NCBI GenBank assembly: GCA_963763295.1
Contig: CAVXOH010000017.1
Location: 7,465-71,464, forward strand
DNA from: an uncultured Alphaproteobacteria bacterium
GTDB taxonomy: Bacteria; Pseudomonadota; Alphaproteobacteria; Rhodobacterales; Rhodobacteraceae
Length of the DNA: 64,000 nt
Direction of reading: 5' to 3'
Shown here: in pieces, positions 39,845 through 49,913 of the stretch
Layout of the letters: each line of letters begins with the position of its first letter
How positions within the stretch are numbered: position 1 is the first letter of the stretch
Notes under the pieces: model-generated
What the model saw: only the letters and a program-made list of their open reading frames with translations
Databases searched by the model: none
What the model was told of the DNA's origin: nothing
Made by a program: the position numbers and the translations under genes

Positions 39845-41944
39845 TCAATCGTCGCGTCGGCACTCGCGGCCGGCGCGGCCGGGCGGGCAGTCGGTCCTGC
39901 GCCGGGTCGGCGTCTCGGCCTGGCGCTGCGACCTTTGCCGCTCGGCTCGGGCGGCCTGTCGTCTCTCCCGTTCGGCCGCCCGCTCGCGGGCTGCGCCGCG
40001 GGCCTGTTGCCGCTCCAAGGCCGCAGCCCGCGCCCTCTCCTCCCGCGCAGCCGCCTCGGCCTGCCGCTGCTCGCGGTCGCGGGCAACTTGGGCACGCTCA
40101 CGCTGCTGGGTGGCCCGTGCCCTCTGTTCGTCCCGTTGGCGGGCGGCCGCCTGGGCCTTCTGTTCCTCCCGTGCGGCCTGGGCGTTCTGCTCCTCTCGCG
40201 CACGGGCGGCTCGGGCCTTCTGCCGCTCCTGCGCGCCCCGTGCATTCTGCTCGTCCCGCTCCCGGGCGGCGGCGCGGGCTTTCTGCTGCTCCTGCGCGGT
40301 CCGAGCGTTCTGCTCGTCCCGCTCGCGGGCAGCGGCGCGGGCTCTCTGCTGCTCCTGCGCGGTCCGAGCTTTCTGTTCGTCCCGCTCACGGGCAACGGCG
40401 CGGGCTTTCTGCTGCTCCTGCGCGGCGCGGGCCTCCTGCTCGTCCCGTTCACGCACAGCGGCTCGGGCCTTCTGTTGCTCCTGCGCGCCCTGTGCCTTCG
40501 GCTCGTCCTGCTCGCGGGCAGCAGCTCGGGCCTTCTGTTGCTCCTGCGCGGCCTGGGCCTTCTGCTCGTTCCGTTCGCGTGCAGCCGCTCGAGCCTTCCG
40601 CCGCTCCTGCGCGGAGCGGGCCTCCGGTTCGCGTTCGCGGGCGGGAATGCCGGCCTTCTCTGGTTCCCGCTGAGCGCGTGCCTGCTCTGCGCGTCGGGCG
40701 GCGGAACGGGTGCGGTCGGCGTCCTGCTGTCGGCGCTCTTCGGCGGCGGCACGGACCCGTTCCGCCTGCCGCTTGCGGGCGGCGACGCTCGCAGGCTCCT
40801 TCGCCGCGGCCGGCGGCCGCGCGCGGTCGGCTGCCTGCTCGCGGGCGGCGGCGCGGCGCAGCGCGCGGGCGCGTTCGGCGTGGGCCTCGTGAGCGAGCGC
40901 GGCCTGGCGGAGGGTCCCGAGGCGAGCCGGGGCGGCCGACGGGTGGTCGATCCAGGCGATCGCGTCGCGGCGGTGGCGGGCGTGACGTTCGCGGGCAACC
41001 TCGTCGTAGCGCCAGGTGTCGCGGCGGCGGTCCCAGTAGGCGTCGCGCTCGCGGCTCCAGGCGTAGTCGTTGCGGTCCCGCTGCCAGTGACCATGCGGGC
41101 GCGGATAGAACTCGCGGTCGCGCCAGTCGATCGGGCGGCGATCGTCCCAGTAGTCGTCCCAGCCGTCGTCGCTGTCGTCGTCGGCGAAAAGCTCCTGGAC
41201 GAGCAGCGTGGCGCCGAAGGCGATGGCGCCGGCGACGAGGGGATTGGCGAAGCCGCTCCGCGGCGGCGCGATGTAGGGAGACGCGGTGGGCGCCGAGGTG
41301 AAGGCGAGCGCGGGGTCGTAGTTCGGCACGTAGACGACCTCGGGATCGGCGGGACGGATGTAGATCTGCTCGTCGTCCTCCTCGACCACCTGGGCGGCGT
41401 TGCTCGTGAGATAGCCGGTGTCGAGCGCCTGCTCGCGCATCCGTTGCACCGCGGCGAGGACGTCGTCGTCCTGGACGAGCATGGCGTTGCCGAGGGCCTC
41501 GGTCCAGTCGAGGTCGTCGGCCATCCGCTCGACCACGGTCGGGAAGCCGGAGAGCAGGACGAGGATGCTCGGGTCCCAGTCCTGCGCGGCGATGTGCTCG
41601 GTCAACTCGTCGTCCGAAAGGCCCTCGCTTTCCTCGAGCAGCCGGCCGGCCTTGACGACCTGGAGCGGGTAGGTAGCGGCGACGAGCACCTGGGCGAGGA
41701 GCGCGTCCGGGTAAAGCGCGACCGGCGCCACGATCTCGTCGAGCGCGTCGGCGGCGAGGAGGGGCTCGGCATCGATCGCGTCGGCGCCCAACGACGTCTC
41801 GAGATCACCCGCGTCGGGTCGCTCTGCATCGAGCAGCGCCTCGAGATCGGTCGCGTCGGCCTCCTGGGCCGGGGCGTGGCGCGGCAGGCCGGCCGTCGCA
41901 ACCAGGATGGCCGCCACGGCCACCGTGCTCTTCAACCACAGCAT
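39845..41944 (-). CDS. DUF3300-like secreted protein with a long charged repeat tail
   Basis: Signal peptide; LDEIVAPVALYPDALLAQVLVAATYP, WDPS, WTEALGNA, AVQRMR, PADPEVVYVPNYDP. Confidence 0.85.
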   Translation of the reverse strand: MLWLKSTVAVAAILVATAGLPRHAPAQEADATDLEALLDAERPDAGDLETSLGADAIDAEPLLAADALDEIVAPVALYPDALLAQVLVAATYPLQVVKAGRLLEESEGLSDDELTEHIAAQDWDPSILVLLSGFPTVVERMADDLDWTEALGNAMLVQDDDVLAAVQRMREQALDTGYLTSNAAQVVEEDDEQIYIRPADPEVVYVPNYDPALAFTSAPTASPYIAPPRSGFANPLVAGAIAFGATLLVQELFADDDSDDGWDDYWDDRRPIDWRDREFYPRPHGHWQRDRNDYAWSRERDAYWDRRRDTWRYDEVARERHARHRRDAIAWIDHPSAAPARLGTLRQAALAHEAHAERARALRRAAAREQAADRARPPAAAKEPASVAARKRQAERVRAAAEERRQQDADRTRSAARRAEQARAQREPEKAGIPAREREPEARSAQERRKARAAARERNEQKAQAAQEQQKARAAAREQDEPKAQGAQEQQKARAAVRERDEQEARAAQEQQKARAVARERDEQKARTAQEQQRARAAARERDEQNARTAQEQQKARAAARERDEQNARGAQERQKARAARAREEQNAQAAREEQKAQAAARQRDEQRARATQQRERAQVARDREQRQAEAAAREERARAAALERQQARGAARERAAERERRQAARAERQRSQRQAETPTRRRTDCPPGRAGRECRRDD
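40090..40625 (-). repeat. 63-bp (21-aa) coding tandem repeat, about 8 units
   Basis: Anchors at 40245, 40308, 40371; unit AQEQQKARAAARERDEQKART. Confidence 0.9.
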
Positions 41945-42004
41945 TGCGTTCCCCTCCAGGCGGGCCACGGCCCGATCTGGATATAAGGCCGGATCGCCCG
42001 CGAT

Positions 42005-42019
42005 GTTCCTCACCTGTTC
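42005..42019. promoter_or_regulatory. Alphaproteobacterial LexA box candidate
   Basis: Exact GTTC-N7-GTTC (GTTCCTCACCTGTTC), about 60 bp upstream of the DUF3300 start. Confidence 0.5.
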
Positions 42020-42048
42020 GTCACCGGCGGAGATCGGCCCAGACGCCG

Positions 42049-42516
42049 TCAGAGCGGCTTGGCGAACCAGTGGTGGGCGTGCGGCTCGGCGTTGAAGGCC
42101 GGGACCTCGGCGAAGCCGCGGGCGCGGTAGAGCGCGATCGCCTCGGTGAGGGCGCGGTTGGTGTCGAGGCGGATCATGGTGGCGCCGAGCGCGCGGGCCT
42201 CGGTTTCGGCGGCGGCGACGAGGCGGCTGGCAAGGCCGAGGCCGCGGCTCGCCGGGGCAACCCAGAGGCGCTTGAGGTCGGCGGTCGCGCCGGTGAGCCT
42301 GACGGCGACGCAGCCGTGTGACTGGCCACCGGCGGTGGCGAGCAGGAAGACGCCGCGCGGCGGGCGGAGGTCGTCGTCGCTCGGCTGAAGGGCGCGGTCC
42401 GGGTCGAAGCCGCCCTCGAAGCGCTGCGCGATCTCGGCATAGTAGCGGGCGACGCAGCTCCGCGCCTCAGGCAAATCCGGATCGGCCGGGGCGATCGCGA
42501 CGTGGGCGCGGTTCAG
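42049..42516 (-). CDS. GNAT acetyltransferase domain with no ATG/GTG start (CTG start or truncated)
   Basis: [41 protein letters not shown]. Confidence 0.75.
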   Translation of the reverse strand: MNRAHVAIAPADPDLPEARSCVARYYAEIAQRFEGGFDPDRALQPSDDDLRPPRGVFLLATAGGQSHGCVAVRLTGATADLKRLWVAPASRGLGLASRLVAAAETEARALGATMIRLDTNRALTEAIALYRARGFAEVPAFNAEPHAHHWFAKPL

Positions 42517-43433
42517 CTGGTCGCCGCCGGCACGGCGATGATGGCGACGCTGCGGTTCAGCGGCTCGGCGACCCCGTCGTCGGTGCTGACCGGGGCACCG
42601 GTTTCGCCCATGCCGTCCATCTCGATCAGGTCGGCCGGCACGCCGGACGCGACGAGGAAGTCGGCGACGGCGCGGGCGCGCCTGGCGGCGAGGCGGCGGT
42701 TGGCGGCGGGGCTGCCGACCCGGTCGGTGTGGCCGACGACGCGGATGCGCGTAAGCGCCATCTGGACCAGGGTCACCGCGGCGGCGGCCGCGTGCGCCTG
42801 GCCCCCTGGGGTCAGGCTGGCGCTGGCGAAGTTGAACTGGACATGGACGAGGGGCGGCTCGGTGCCGGCCGTCGTCGTCGGGGCCAGGGCCGCGACCGGC
42901 ATCGCGGCGGCCGGCGCCTTGGCGGCGTCGAAGAACGTGGCGATGTCGGCGGTCTCGGCCCGCGCCGCCGCGAGGCGGGCGACGCTGGGCACGTCGTCGG
43001 ACTTCAGCACCACGAGCTGGGCTTCGAGGTCGGTCGGATCGCGGAGCGCCGCGAGCTGGCTGCGGAGCGACGCGATCTCCTCCTCGCTTGCCGCCAGCCG
43101 GGCCTGGACGTCCTCGAGCGTCGCCTCGCGCTCGGCGAGGCTTGCCTTGAGCGACTTGAGCACCGCGTCGCGCACGGCGAGAACGGTGCGCAGGTTGGCG
43201 TTGTCGGCCTCGCGCGCCGCGAGATCGGCGGTCAGGCGCGCCACCTGGGCGCCGACGCTGGCCTCGGGCATCGGGTCCGGCGCGTCCGAGACCGCCGGCA
43301 TCACGGTGCTCGCGACCGGCGCTCCGTCGGCGGGAGCACCGTCCCGCCGGGAGAAGAGGTCGGTCTGAGTTGCAACGACCGTGCCGAAAAGGAGGGCGGC
43401 TCCGCCCCCGATAATGCCCCACTCGCGACGCAT
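42513..43433 (-). CDS. Membrane-anchored coiled-coil protein with a C-terminal OmpA/MotB-like domain
   Basis: N-terminal hydrophobic stretch, heptad region, [22 protein letters not shown] and NRSV. Confidence 0.85.
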   Translation of the reverse strand: MRREWGIIGGGAALLFGTVVATQTDLFSRRDGAPADGAPVASTVMPAVSDAPDPMPEASVGAQVARLTADLAAREADNANLRTVLAVRDAVLKSLKASLAEREATLEDVQARLAASEEEIASLRSQLAALRDPTDLEAQLVVLKSDDVPSVARLAAARAETADIATFFDAAKAPAAAMPVAALAPTTTAGTEPPLVHVQFNFASASLTPGGQAHAAAAAVTLVQMALTRIRVVGHTDRVGSPAANRRLAARRARAVADFLVASGVPADLIEMDGMGETGAPVSTDDGVAEPLNRSVAIIAVPAATS

Positions 43434-43700
43434 GTTTGCTCCTTGCGCTCGCCTGCTCGATTTTTGCAGAACTATAGGATCAGATTATTCCAAGCAGCAA
43501 CGATGGGTTGCGGGCAAATTCTGACCTGTCCCCAAAAAGTCACATTGTTGTGGGCGGGCTGCCACGCCTTTCGGCGGAAAACCGCCGATGCGTCCGATGC
43601 AGGTCGCGGCGGGGTTGTAGGCGCGTTGGAAATCGCGGCTTCCAGCCGCATCGCCTCGATTGACAGCCGGGCGGGGCTCGGTCGGTATCGCGATGCACCG

Positions 43701-44324
43701 ATGCCGCAGAGGCCGCCCGCCTTGCCTTCACCGACTCCCTACGCGCTGCCAGGACAGCGGATCGGACTGCTCGGTGGGTCGTTCGACCCGCCGCACGCGG
43801 GGCACGTGCACGTGACCGAGTGGGCGCTGCGGGCGTTCGGGCTCGACCGGGTGTGGTGGCTGGTCAGTCCGGGGAACCCCCTGAAGCCCGACACGCCGGC
43901 CGATCTCGCGCGGCGGATGGCGGCGGCGCGCGCGATCATGCGGCACCCGCGGGTCGAGGTGAGCGATGTCGAGGCTCGGCTCGGCACGCGCTACACCGCG
44001 GCGACGCTGAAGGCGCTCAAGGCGCGGTGCCCGGGGGTGCGCTTCGTGTGGCTGATGGGGGCGGACAACCTCGCCGGCTTCCACCGCTGGGAGCGCTGGC
44101 CGGAGATCATGGCCGCGGTGCCGGTTGGCGTGCTGGCGCGGCCGGGACAGCAGCTCCGCGCCGGACTGTCGCCGGCGGCGCTCAGGTTCGCGCGCTGGCG
44201 GGTGCCGCAGGCGCAGGCCCGGGTCCTGCCCTTCCTCGAGCCGCCGGCATGGGCATTGATCTCCGGGCGGATGGCGGTGAACTCCTCGAGCGAGCTGCGC
44301 GCGCTCGGGGTGTGGCGGCGCTGA
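43701..44324 (+). CDS. nadD: Nicotinate-nucleotide adenylyltransferase
   Basis: [41 protein letters not shown]. Confidence 0.94.
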   Translation: MPQRPPALPSPTPYALPGQRIGLLGGSFDPPHAGHVHVTEWALRAFGLDRVWWLVSPGNPLKPDTPADLARRMAAARAIMRHPRVEVSDVEARLGTRYTAATLKALKARCPGVRFVWLMGADNLAGFHRWERWPEIMAAVPVGVLARPGQQLRAGLSPAALRFARWRVPQAQARVLPFLEPPAWALISGRMAVNSSSELRALGVWRR

Positions 44325-44337
44325 GGCGGCGCCGGTG

Positions 44338-45753
44338 ATGCGTCGGCGGACCGTGCTGGCGGGGGCGGCGGCCTGGCTTGCGGCGCCCGCGCTGCGTCCG
44401 GTGGCGGCGGCCTCGGCGCCGTCGCTCGCGACGATCCTCGAGTCCTCGGGGCTCGCGGCCGAGACCGGGCTCGCGGTGGTGGATCTCGCTTCGGGGCAGG
44501 TGCTCGAGGCACACCAGCCCGACCACGACCGGCCGCCCGGATCGGTCGCGAAGATCGTCACCGCGCTGTGGGGCCTCGATGCGTTGGGGCCGGACTACCG
44601 GTTCCGAACCGAGATCCGGGGCACCGGGCCGGTCGCGGACGGGAATCTCCACGGCGACCTGGTGCTCGCCGGCGGGGGCGATCCTCTGCTCGACACCGAT
44701 GCGCTCGGGGACATGGTGCGGGCGCTGAGGGCGTGCGGGCTGGCGGAGGTGAGGGGGCGGTTCCTTGTCGCCGACGGTGCGCTGCCGGCGGTGGCGGAGG
44801 TCGATCCGGGGCAGCCGGCGGATGCGGCCTATAACCCGGCCATCTCGGGGATGAACCTGAACTTCAACCGGGTCTTCCTCGCATGGAGTCCGGGCGCCGA
44901 CGGCCCCGATGTCGCCTTCAGTGCGCCCGGGGCGCGTTTCGAGGTGCCGGCGGCGGGCTTCGCGGCCGAGCTGGTCGGCGCAGGGCTGCCGCGGCACCGG
45001 ATCGAAGCGGGGCAGGAGATCTGGACGCTCGCGCGGGGCGGCCTCGCCGGCAGCGGCAGCGTCTGGTTGCCGGTGCGTGCGCCGGCCGCCTATGCCGGCG
45101 CGGTCTTCGGCGGCCTGGCGGCCGGGGCCGGGCTCGCGCTGCCCGCCGCGGAGATGGCGGCGGCAGGATCGGGCGCGCTCATGGCTGTGCGGCAGGGTCC
45201 GCCGCTCGACGCGATGCTCCGGGACATGCTCAACTACTCGACCAATCTGACGGCCGAGATCGTCGGGCTCCGCGCCGCGCAGGCGAAGGGGCAGGAGCCC
45301 GGCGGAGTCGCGGCCTCGGCCGCGGCGATGTCGGACTGGGCGCGCGGGCGGTTCGGGCTGCGGCGGATGGCGTTCGTCGATCATTCGGGGCTGGGCGGCG
45401 GCTCGCAGGTGACGGCGGCCGAACTAGTCGCCGTGCTGCGGCAGGCAGACCCGCTCGGCTTGCCCGGGCTCCTGCGCGAGCGGCCGATTCTCGCGGCCGA
45501 CCGCAGCCCGGTGGAGATCGGAGGGGTGCGGGTGGTGTCGAAGACGGGGACGCTCGATTTCGTCAGCGCGCTGGCCGGCTACATGATCGGACCGCGCCGG
45601 CTCGCCTTCGCGATCCTCGCCGCCGATCCGGAGCGCCGGGCGCGGATCCGGCCGGAGGAGCGGGCGCAGCCGCCCGGCGCGACCGCCTGGGCCACGCGGG
45701 CGCGGGCGGAGCAGCAGGCCCTGCTCCGGCGCTGGGCAGCGATCTACGGGTGA
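44338..45753 (+). CDS. dacB: D-Ala-D-Ala carboxypeptidase/endopeptidase (PBP4)
   Basis: GSVAK (SxxK), GGGDP, YSTN (SxN), DHSGL, KTGTL. Confidence 0.92.
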   Translation: MRRRTVLAGAAAWLAAPALRPVAAASAPSLATILESSGLAAETGLAVVDLASGQVLEAHQPDHDRPPGSVAKIVTALWGLDALGPDYRFRTEIRGTGPVADGNLHGDLVLAGGGDPLLDTDALGDMVRALRACGLAEVRGRFLVADGALPAVAEVDPGQPADAAYNPAISGMNLNFNRVFLAWSPGADGPDVAFSAPGARFEVPAAGFAAELVGAGLPRHRIEAGQEIWTLARGGLAGSGSVWLPVRAPAAYAGAVFGGLAAGAGLALPAAEMAAAGSGALMAVRQGPPLDAMLRDMLNYSTNLTAEIVGLRAAQAKGQEPGGVAASAAAMSDWARGRFGLRRMAFVDHSGLGGGSQVTAAELVAVLRQADPLGLPGLLRERPILAADRSPVEIGGVRVVSKTGTLDFVSALAGYMIGPRRLAFAILAADPERRARIRPEERAQPPGATAWATRARAEQQALLRRWAAIYG

Positions 45754-45760
45754 CAGGGGA

Positions 45761-45875
45761 CCGGGGGAAGACTTCGATGTGAAAGGTTTACGCGGATTCG
45801 CTCGATCTGGAACGCGTATGGAAGCCATATGGAAACCGTATGGCACCTGAAACGGTCAGGATTGGATCGTTAACG
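45761..45875 (-). repeat. Family A element copy 2
   Basis: Reverse complement of 27683-27797 at about 92% identity. Confidence 0.95.
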
Positions 45876-45933
45876 CAGGCGCGACGCTCGACGCCGCTCG
45901 GCGAGAGCTCGTCGACGTGCGGCCTTGGCGGAT

Positions 45934-45948
45934 GTTCTGGCTTCGTGC
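45934..45948. promoter_or_regulatory. Possible LexA box upstream of ruvC
   Basis: GTTC-N7-GTGC, one mismatch to GTTC-N7-GTTC; ruvCAB is a plausible SOS target. Confidence 0.4.
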
Positions 45949-45988
45949 TAGAGAGGGCGGCGAGGCGACAGAGCAGAACGGACAGCCA

Positions 45989-46495
45989 ATGCGCGTCATC
46001 GGGATCGATCCTGGGCTCCGGCGCACCGGATGGGGCGTCGTGGACGTCGAGGGCGCGCGCATCCGCCACGTGGCGAACGGGGTGTGCGTATCGGTCGGCG
46101 TGGCGCTGGCGGTGCGTCTCGAGAGCCTGCACGCGGCGCTGACCGCGGTGCTGGTCGCGCACCGGCCGGACACGGCGGCAGTCGAGCAGACCTTCGTCAA
46201 CAAGGACGCGGCGGGAACGCTGAAGCTCGGGCAGGCGCGGGGCATCGCGCTGCTGGTGCCGGCCCAGGCGGGGCTCGAGGTTGCCGAATACGCGCCGAAC
46301 GCGGTGAAGAAGGTGGTGGTGGGGGTCGGGCATGCCGACAAGGCGCAGGTCGCGCACATGGTGCGGCTGCAGCTGCCGGGGGTGGTGCTGACCGGGCCGG
46401 ACGCGGCGGACGCGCTGGCGATCGCCCTCTGTCACGCGCACCACGCCCGGTTCCGCGGCCGGCTCGACGCGGCGCTCGCGGGGGCCGGCGCGTGA
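45989..46495 (+). CDS. ruvC: Holliday junction resolvase RuvC
   Basis: [34 protein letters not shown]. Confidence 0.97.
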   Translation: MRVIGIDPGLRRTGWGVVDVEGARIRHVANGVCVSVGVALAVRLESLHAALTAVLVAHRPDTAAVEQTFVNKDAAGTLKLGQARGIALLVPAQAGLEVAEYAPNAVKKVVVGVGHADKAQVAHMVRLQLPGVVLTGPDAADALAIALCHAHHARFRGRLDAALAGAGA

Positions 46496-47169
46496 TCGGC
46501 AAGGTGAGCGGGCGGCTCGACTACCGCGGGAGCGACCACGTCCTGATCGACACCGGCGGCGTCGGATATCTCGTCTACTGTTCGGAGCGCACGCTGGCGG
46601 CGATGCCGGCGCCGGGCGGGGCGGCGGCGCTCTATACCGAGCTCGTCGTCCGCGAGGACATGATGCAGCTCATCGGATTCCGGACGCTGGCGGAGCGCGA
46701 GTGGCACCGGCTCCTGACATCGGTGCAGGGTGTCGGCGCCAAGGCGGCGCTGGCGATCCTCGGGACGCTCGGGCCCGAGGGGGTGGCGCGGGCGCTCTCG
46801 CTCGGGGACGTCAGCGCGATCCGGGCCGCGCCGGGGGTCGGGCCGAAGCTCGCGCAGCGGGTGGTGCTCGAGCTTCGTGCCAAGGCGCCGGCGGTGATGG
46901 CGATGGGCGCCTCGGGGGCCGAGCCGGCCATGGTTTCGGGCAGGCCCGAAACCCTGCCGGAGCTCGCTCCGGCAGCGGCGCCTCCGGCGCCGATGGCTTC
47001 CGCCGCGGGCCTGGCCGGGCACGCGCAGGCCCGGGCCGACGCGCTGTCGGCGCTGGTCAATCTCGGCTACGGCGAGGGCGAGGCGGCGGCGGTGGTGGCC
47101 GGGCTCGAGGCCGAGGATGCCCCGGACCTGATCCGTGCCGCGCTGCGCGCGCTGGCGCCGAAGGGATAG
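46492..47169 (+). CDS. ruvA: Holliday junction branch migration protein RuvA
   Basis: GTG start [41 protein letters not shown]. Confidence 0.96.
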   Translation: MIGKVSGRLDYRGSDHVLIDTGGVGYLVYCSERTLAAMPAPGGAAALYTELVVREDMMQLIGFRTLAEREWHRLLTSVQGVGAKAALAILGTLGPEGVARALSLGDVSAIRAAPGVGPKLAQRVVLELRAKAPAVMAMGASGAEPAMVSGRPETLPELAPAAAPPAPMASAAGLAGHAQARADALSALVNLGYGEGEAAAVVAGLEAEDAPDLIRAALRALAPKG

Positions 47170-47172
47170 GCG

Positions 47173-48213
47173 ATGGCTGCATCCGATCCCGCGCTCCGGC
47201 CCGACGCGCTGCCCGAGGACGTCGACCGGGCGCTCCGGCCGCAGACGCTCGCCGAGTTCGTCGGACAGAAGGCGGCGCGGGCGAACCTCGCCGTCTTCAT
47301 CGAGAGCGCCCGGCGGCGGGGCGCGGCGATGGACCACACGCTGTTCTACGGGCCGCCGGGGCTGGGCAAGACCACGCTGGCGCAGATCATGGCGCGCGAG
47401 CTCGGGGTGAACTTCCGGATGACCTCGGGCCCGGTTCTGGCCAAGGCCGGAGACCTCGCGGCGATCCTGACCAACCTCGACGCCCGCGACGTGCTCTTCA
47501 TCGACGAGATCCACCGGCTGAACGCCGTGGTCGAGGAGATCCTCTACCCGGCGCTCGAGGACTTCCAGCTCGACCTCGTGATCGGCGAGGGGCCGGCGGC
47601 ACGGACGGTGCGGATCGAGCTGCAGCCGTTCACGCTGGTGGGGGCCACGACGCGCCTCGGGCTGCTGACGACGCCGCTGCGCGACCGGTTCGGGATTCCG
47701 ACCCGGCTCGAGTTCTACGACGTCGACGAACTGGTGCAGATCGTGACGCGGGCGGCGCGGCTGCTGCGCGCCGAGGCGACGCCGGAGGGCGCGCGGGAGA
47801 TCGCCCGGCGGGCGCGCGGCACGCCGCGGATCGCCGGGCGGCTGCTCAGGCGGGTGGTCGACTTCGCGGTGGTCGAGGGCCAGGGCCGGGTCACCCGGGA
47901 GATCGCGGACGGGGCGCTGACACGGCTTGGCGTCGACGACCTCGGCCTCGACGGCGCCGACCGTCGGTACCTGACGCTGGTGGCGGAGAACTACGGCGGC
48001 GGGCCGGTCGGGGTCGAGACGCTGGCGGCGGCGCTCTCGGAAGTGCGCGACGCGATCGAGGAGGTGATCGAGCCGTTCCTGCTGCAGCAGGGCCTGATCC
48101 AGCGCACCCCGCGGGGCCGGATGCTGACCGCCAAGGCGTGGAGCCACCTCGGCCTCGTGGCGCCCCGAACCACGGCGCCGGCCCCGGTCCGGGACCTCTT
48201 CGAGGACGGCTGA
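47173..48213 (+). CDS. ruvB: Holliday junction helicase RuvB
   Basis: [36 protein letters not shown]. Confidence 0.98.
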   Translation: MAASDPALRPDALPEDVDRALRPQTLAEFVGQKAARANLAVFIESARRRGAAMDHTLFYGPPGLGKTTLAQIMARELGVNFRMTSGPVLAKAGDLAAILTNLDARDVLFIDEIHRLNAVVEEILYPALEDFQLDLVIGEGPAARTVRIELQPFTLVGATTRLGLLTTPLRDRFGIPTRLEFYDVDELVQIVTRAARLLRAEATPEGAREIARRARGTPRIAGRLLRRVVDFAVVEGQGRVTREIADGALTRLGVDDLGLDGADRRYLTLVAENYGGGPVGVETLAAALSEVRDAIEEVIEPFLLQQGLIQRTPRGRMLTAKAWSHLGLVAPRTTAPAPVRDLFEDG

Positions 48214-48357
48214 CGCGCGCCTCCGGCGTCTAATAACCCGATATTGCTGCGGAAAGTCGGCGTGCCGAGCCGATCCCAAGGGCGTGACGTCCGTGCCATC
48301 AAAGGGCGCAACCGGCGGATCACCGCCGCTGCCGGTGGAGCGGGTTGCTGCCCGCCA

Positions 48358-48370
48358 GTAACATTGTTAC
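48358..48370. promoter_or_regulatory. Perfect palindrome, candidate operator
   Basis: GTAACA-T-TGTTAC, about 55 bp upstream of the lipoprotein ATG. Confidence 0.4.
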
Positions 48371-48424
48371 CCGAGTGTGGCGTCCGCAGTGGGGACGGGC
48401 GGGCGTGCAATGGAGGGATGGGGA

Positions 48425-48703
48425 ATGCAACGTAGCCTTGCAGTGGCGCTGCTTGCGCCTGTGGTTCTTGTTGCCTGCGCCAGGGAGCCCGAGCCGGAGC
48501 CGGCTCCGGTGATGTCGGCGGCCGAGCAGGCCTGTGCGGACCGTGCGGCTGCGTTAGCCGCGGTCGACCCGACTGCGGTCAGCGTGGTGCCGACCGCGAC
48601 GACCAAGTCCGGCGCCACCATCTACACCGCGAGCGCCGGCGGGGTGGACTATACCTGCGTCGTCGAGGTCGACCTGACGATCTCTGAGTTCGCGGCGCTG
48701 TAG
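48425..48703 (+). CDS. Small lipoprotein (two extra Cys)
   Basis: Lipobox LVAC; EQACA and YTCVVE. Confidence 0.75.
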   Translation: MQRSLAVALLAPVVLVACAREPEPEPAPVMSAAEQACADRAAALAAVDPTAVSVVPTATTKSGATIYTASAGGVDYTCVVEVDLTISEFAAL

Positions 48704-48717
48704 CGGCGGGCGAGGTC

Positions 48718-49473
48718 GTGGGATCGGGTGCGCTCGAGCCCTATTCGCCGCTCGGCGTGCCGAAGCCGGTGGATCGGGATATCTGGACGGTCGACGGGCC
48801 GGTGGTGCGGATGCGCTATCTGCTCGGCAGCCTTCCCTTCACCACGCGGATGACGGCGGTGCGGCTGCCGGACGGGCGGCTCTGGCTGCACTCGCCGATT
48901 CCGCCGATGCCGGGGCTGCTCGACGCGATCGCGGCGCGCGGGCCGGTGGCGGCGCTGGTGGCGCCGAACCGGTTGCACTGGATGGGGCTCGCGGCCTGGC
49001 AGGAGGCGTTCCCGGAAGCCGTGACCTGGGTCGCGCCGGGCGTGGCGGAGAAGGCCGGGGAGGGCGGGTTCCGGGTCGACCACGTGCTGAAGGAGCGGCC
49101 GCCGGCGGAATGGGACGGGGCGCTGGCGCAGTTGCTGGTGCCCGGCGGGTTCCTGACCGAGGCGGTGTTCCTGCACCGGTCGAGCCGCACATTGATCCTG
49201 ACCGACCTGATCGAGAACTTCGAGCCGGAGCGCGTGCGAGGGCGGCTGCTGCGGGTGCTGATGCGGCTCGGCGGCGTCTTCGACCCGAACGGCAGCACGC
49301 CGCGCGACCTGCGCCTGACCTATCTCGGCCGGCGCGGCGCGCTGCGCCGGGCGGTCGAGACGATGCTCGGCTGGGCGCCGGAGCGGGTGATCTTCGCGCA
49401 CGGGCGATGCTACTTCGAGGACGGTACCGCTGAGCTGCGGCGGGCGCTTGCCTGGACCGGCGCGGTGCCCTGA
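48718..49473 (+). CDS. DUF4336-like (MBL-fold) protein
   Basis: IWTVDGP, TRMTAVRL, LHSP, VAPNRLH, LTDLIENF, IFAHG. Confidence 0.85.
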   Translation: MGSGALEPYSPLGVPKPVDRDIWTVDGPVVRMRYLLGSLPFTTRMTAVRLPDGRLWLHSPIPPMPGLLDAIAARGPVAALVAPNRLHWMGLAAWQEAFPEAVTWVAPGVAEKAGEGGFRVDHVLKERPPAEWDGALAQLLVPGGFLTEAVFLHRSSRTLILTDLIENFEPERVRGRLLRVLMRLGGVFDPNGSTPRDLRLTYLGRRGALRRAVETMLGWAPERVIFAHGRCYFEDGTAELRRALAWTGAVP

Positions 49474-49627
49474 GCCGAGCACCCGGGACAGGAGATTTAT
49501 CCGCCCGTGGTAGAATAGGACTTAGGGCGGCGTCGGCTCGGTTGAAATCATTCGTATTTCCCTTCGTCGCGGGCTGGATGCGCGGGGCGTCCGGCGCAAG
49601 GTCGGCGACGATTCGACGGAGGCGGGC

Positions 49628-49913
49628 ATGCGCTGGCGGTGGATTCTCGGCGTGGCGGCGGTCGCGGGATGCGCGGTCCAGGCGGTGCCCGGAGCCCGAC
49701 GTGGCCGGCATCGAGCGCGCCTGCGCCGGCGTTGTCGCCGACCATGTCGGCAAGCCGGCGGAGGCGGTGACGGCGCGCTTCGACGCGGTCGGGGCCGACG
49801 GGGTCTCGGTGGTGGTGGTGACCGACGCGGGCGGGGCCGGCGGCGAGCGGATCCACACCTGCGAGGTCGACGCGGCGGGGCGCGTGCTGGCGATCCGGCA
49901 CCCGGGCGCATGA
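49628..49913 (+). CDS. Small lipoprotein paralog (+1 frameshift near 49690)
   Basis: [15 protein letters not shown] lipobox joins [19 protein letters not shown] after removing one C. Confidence 0.65.

Noticed and set aside
14305-42516. Four acetyltransferase genes as one acetylation system
   Set aside because: Different GNAT subfamilies scattered over 28 kb with unrelated neighbours.
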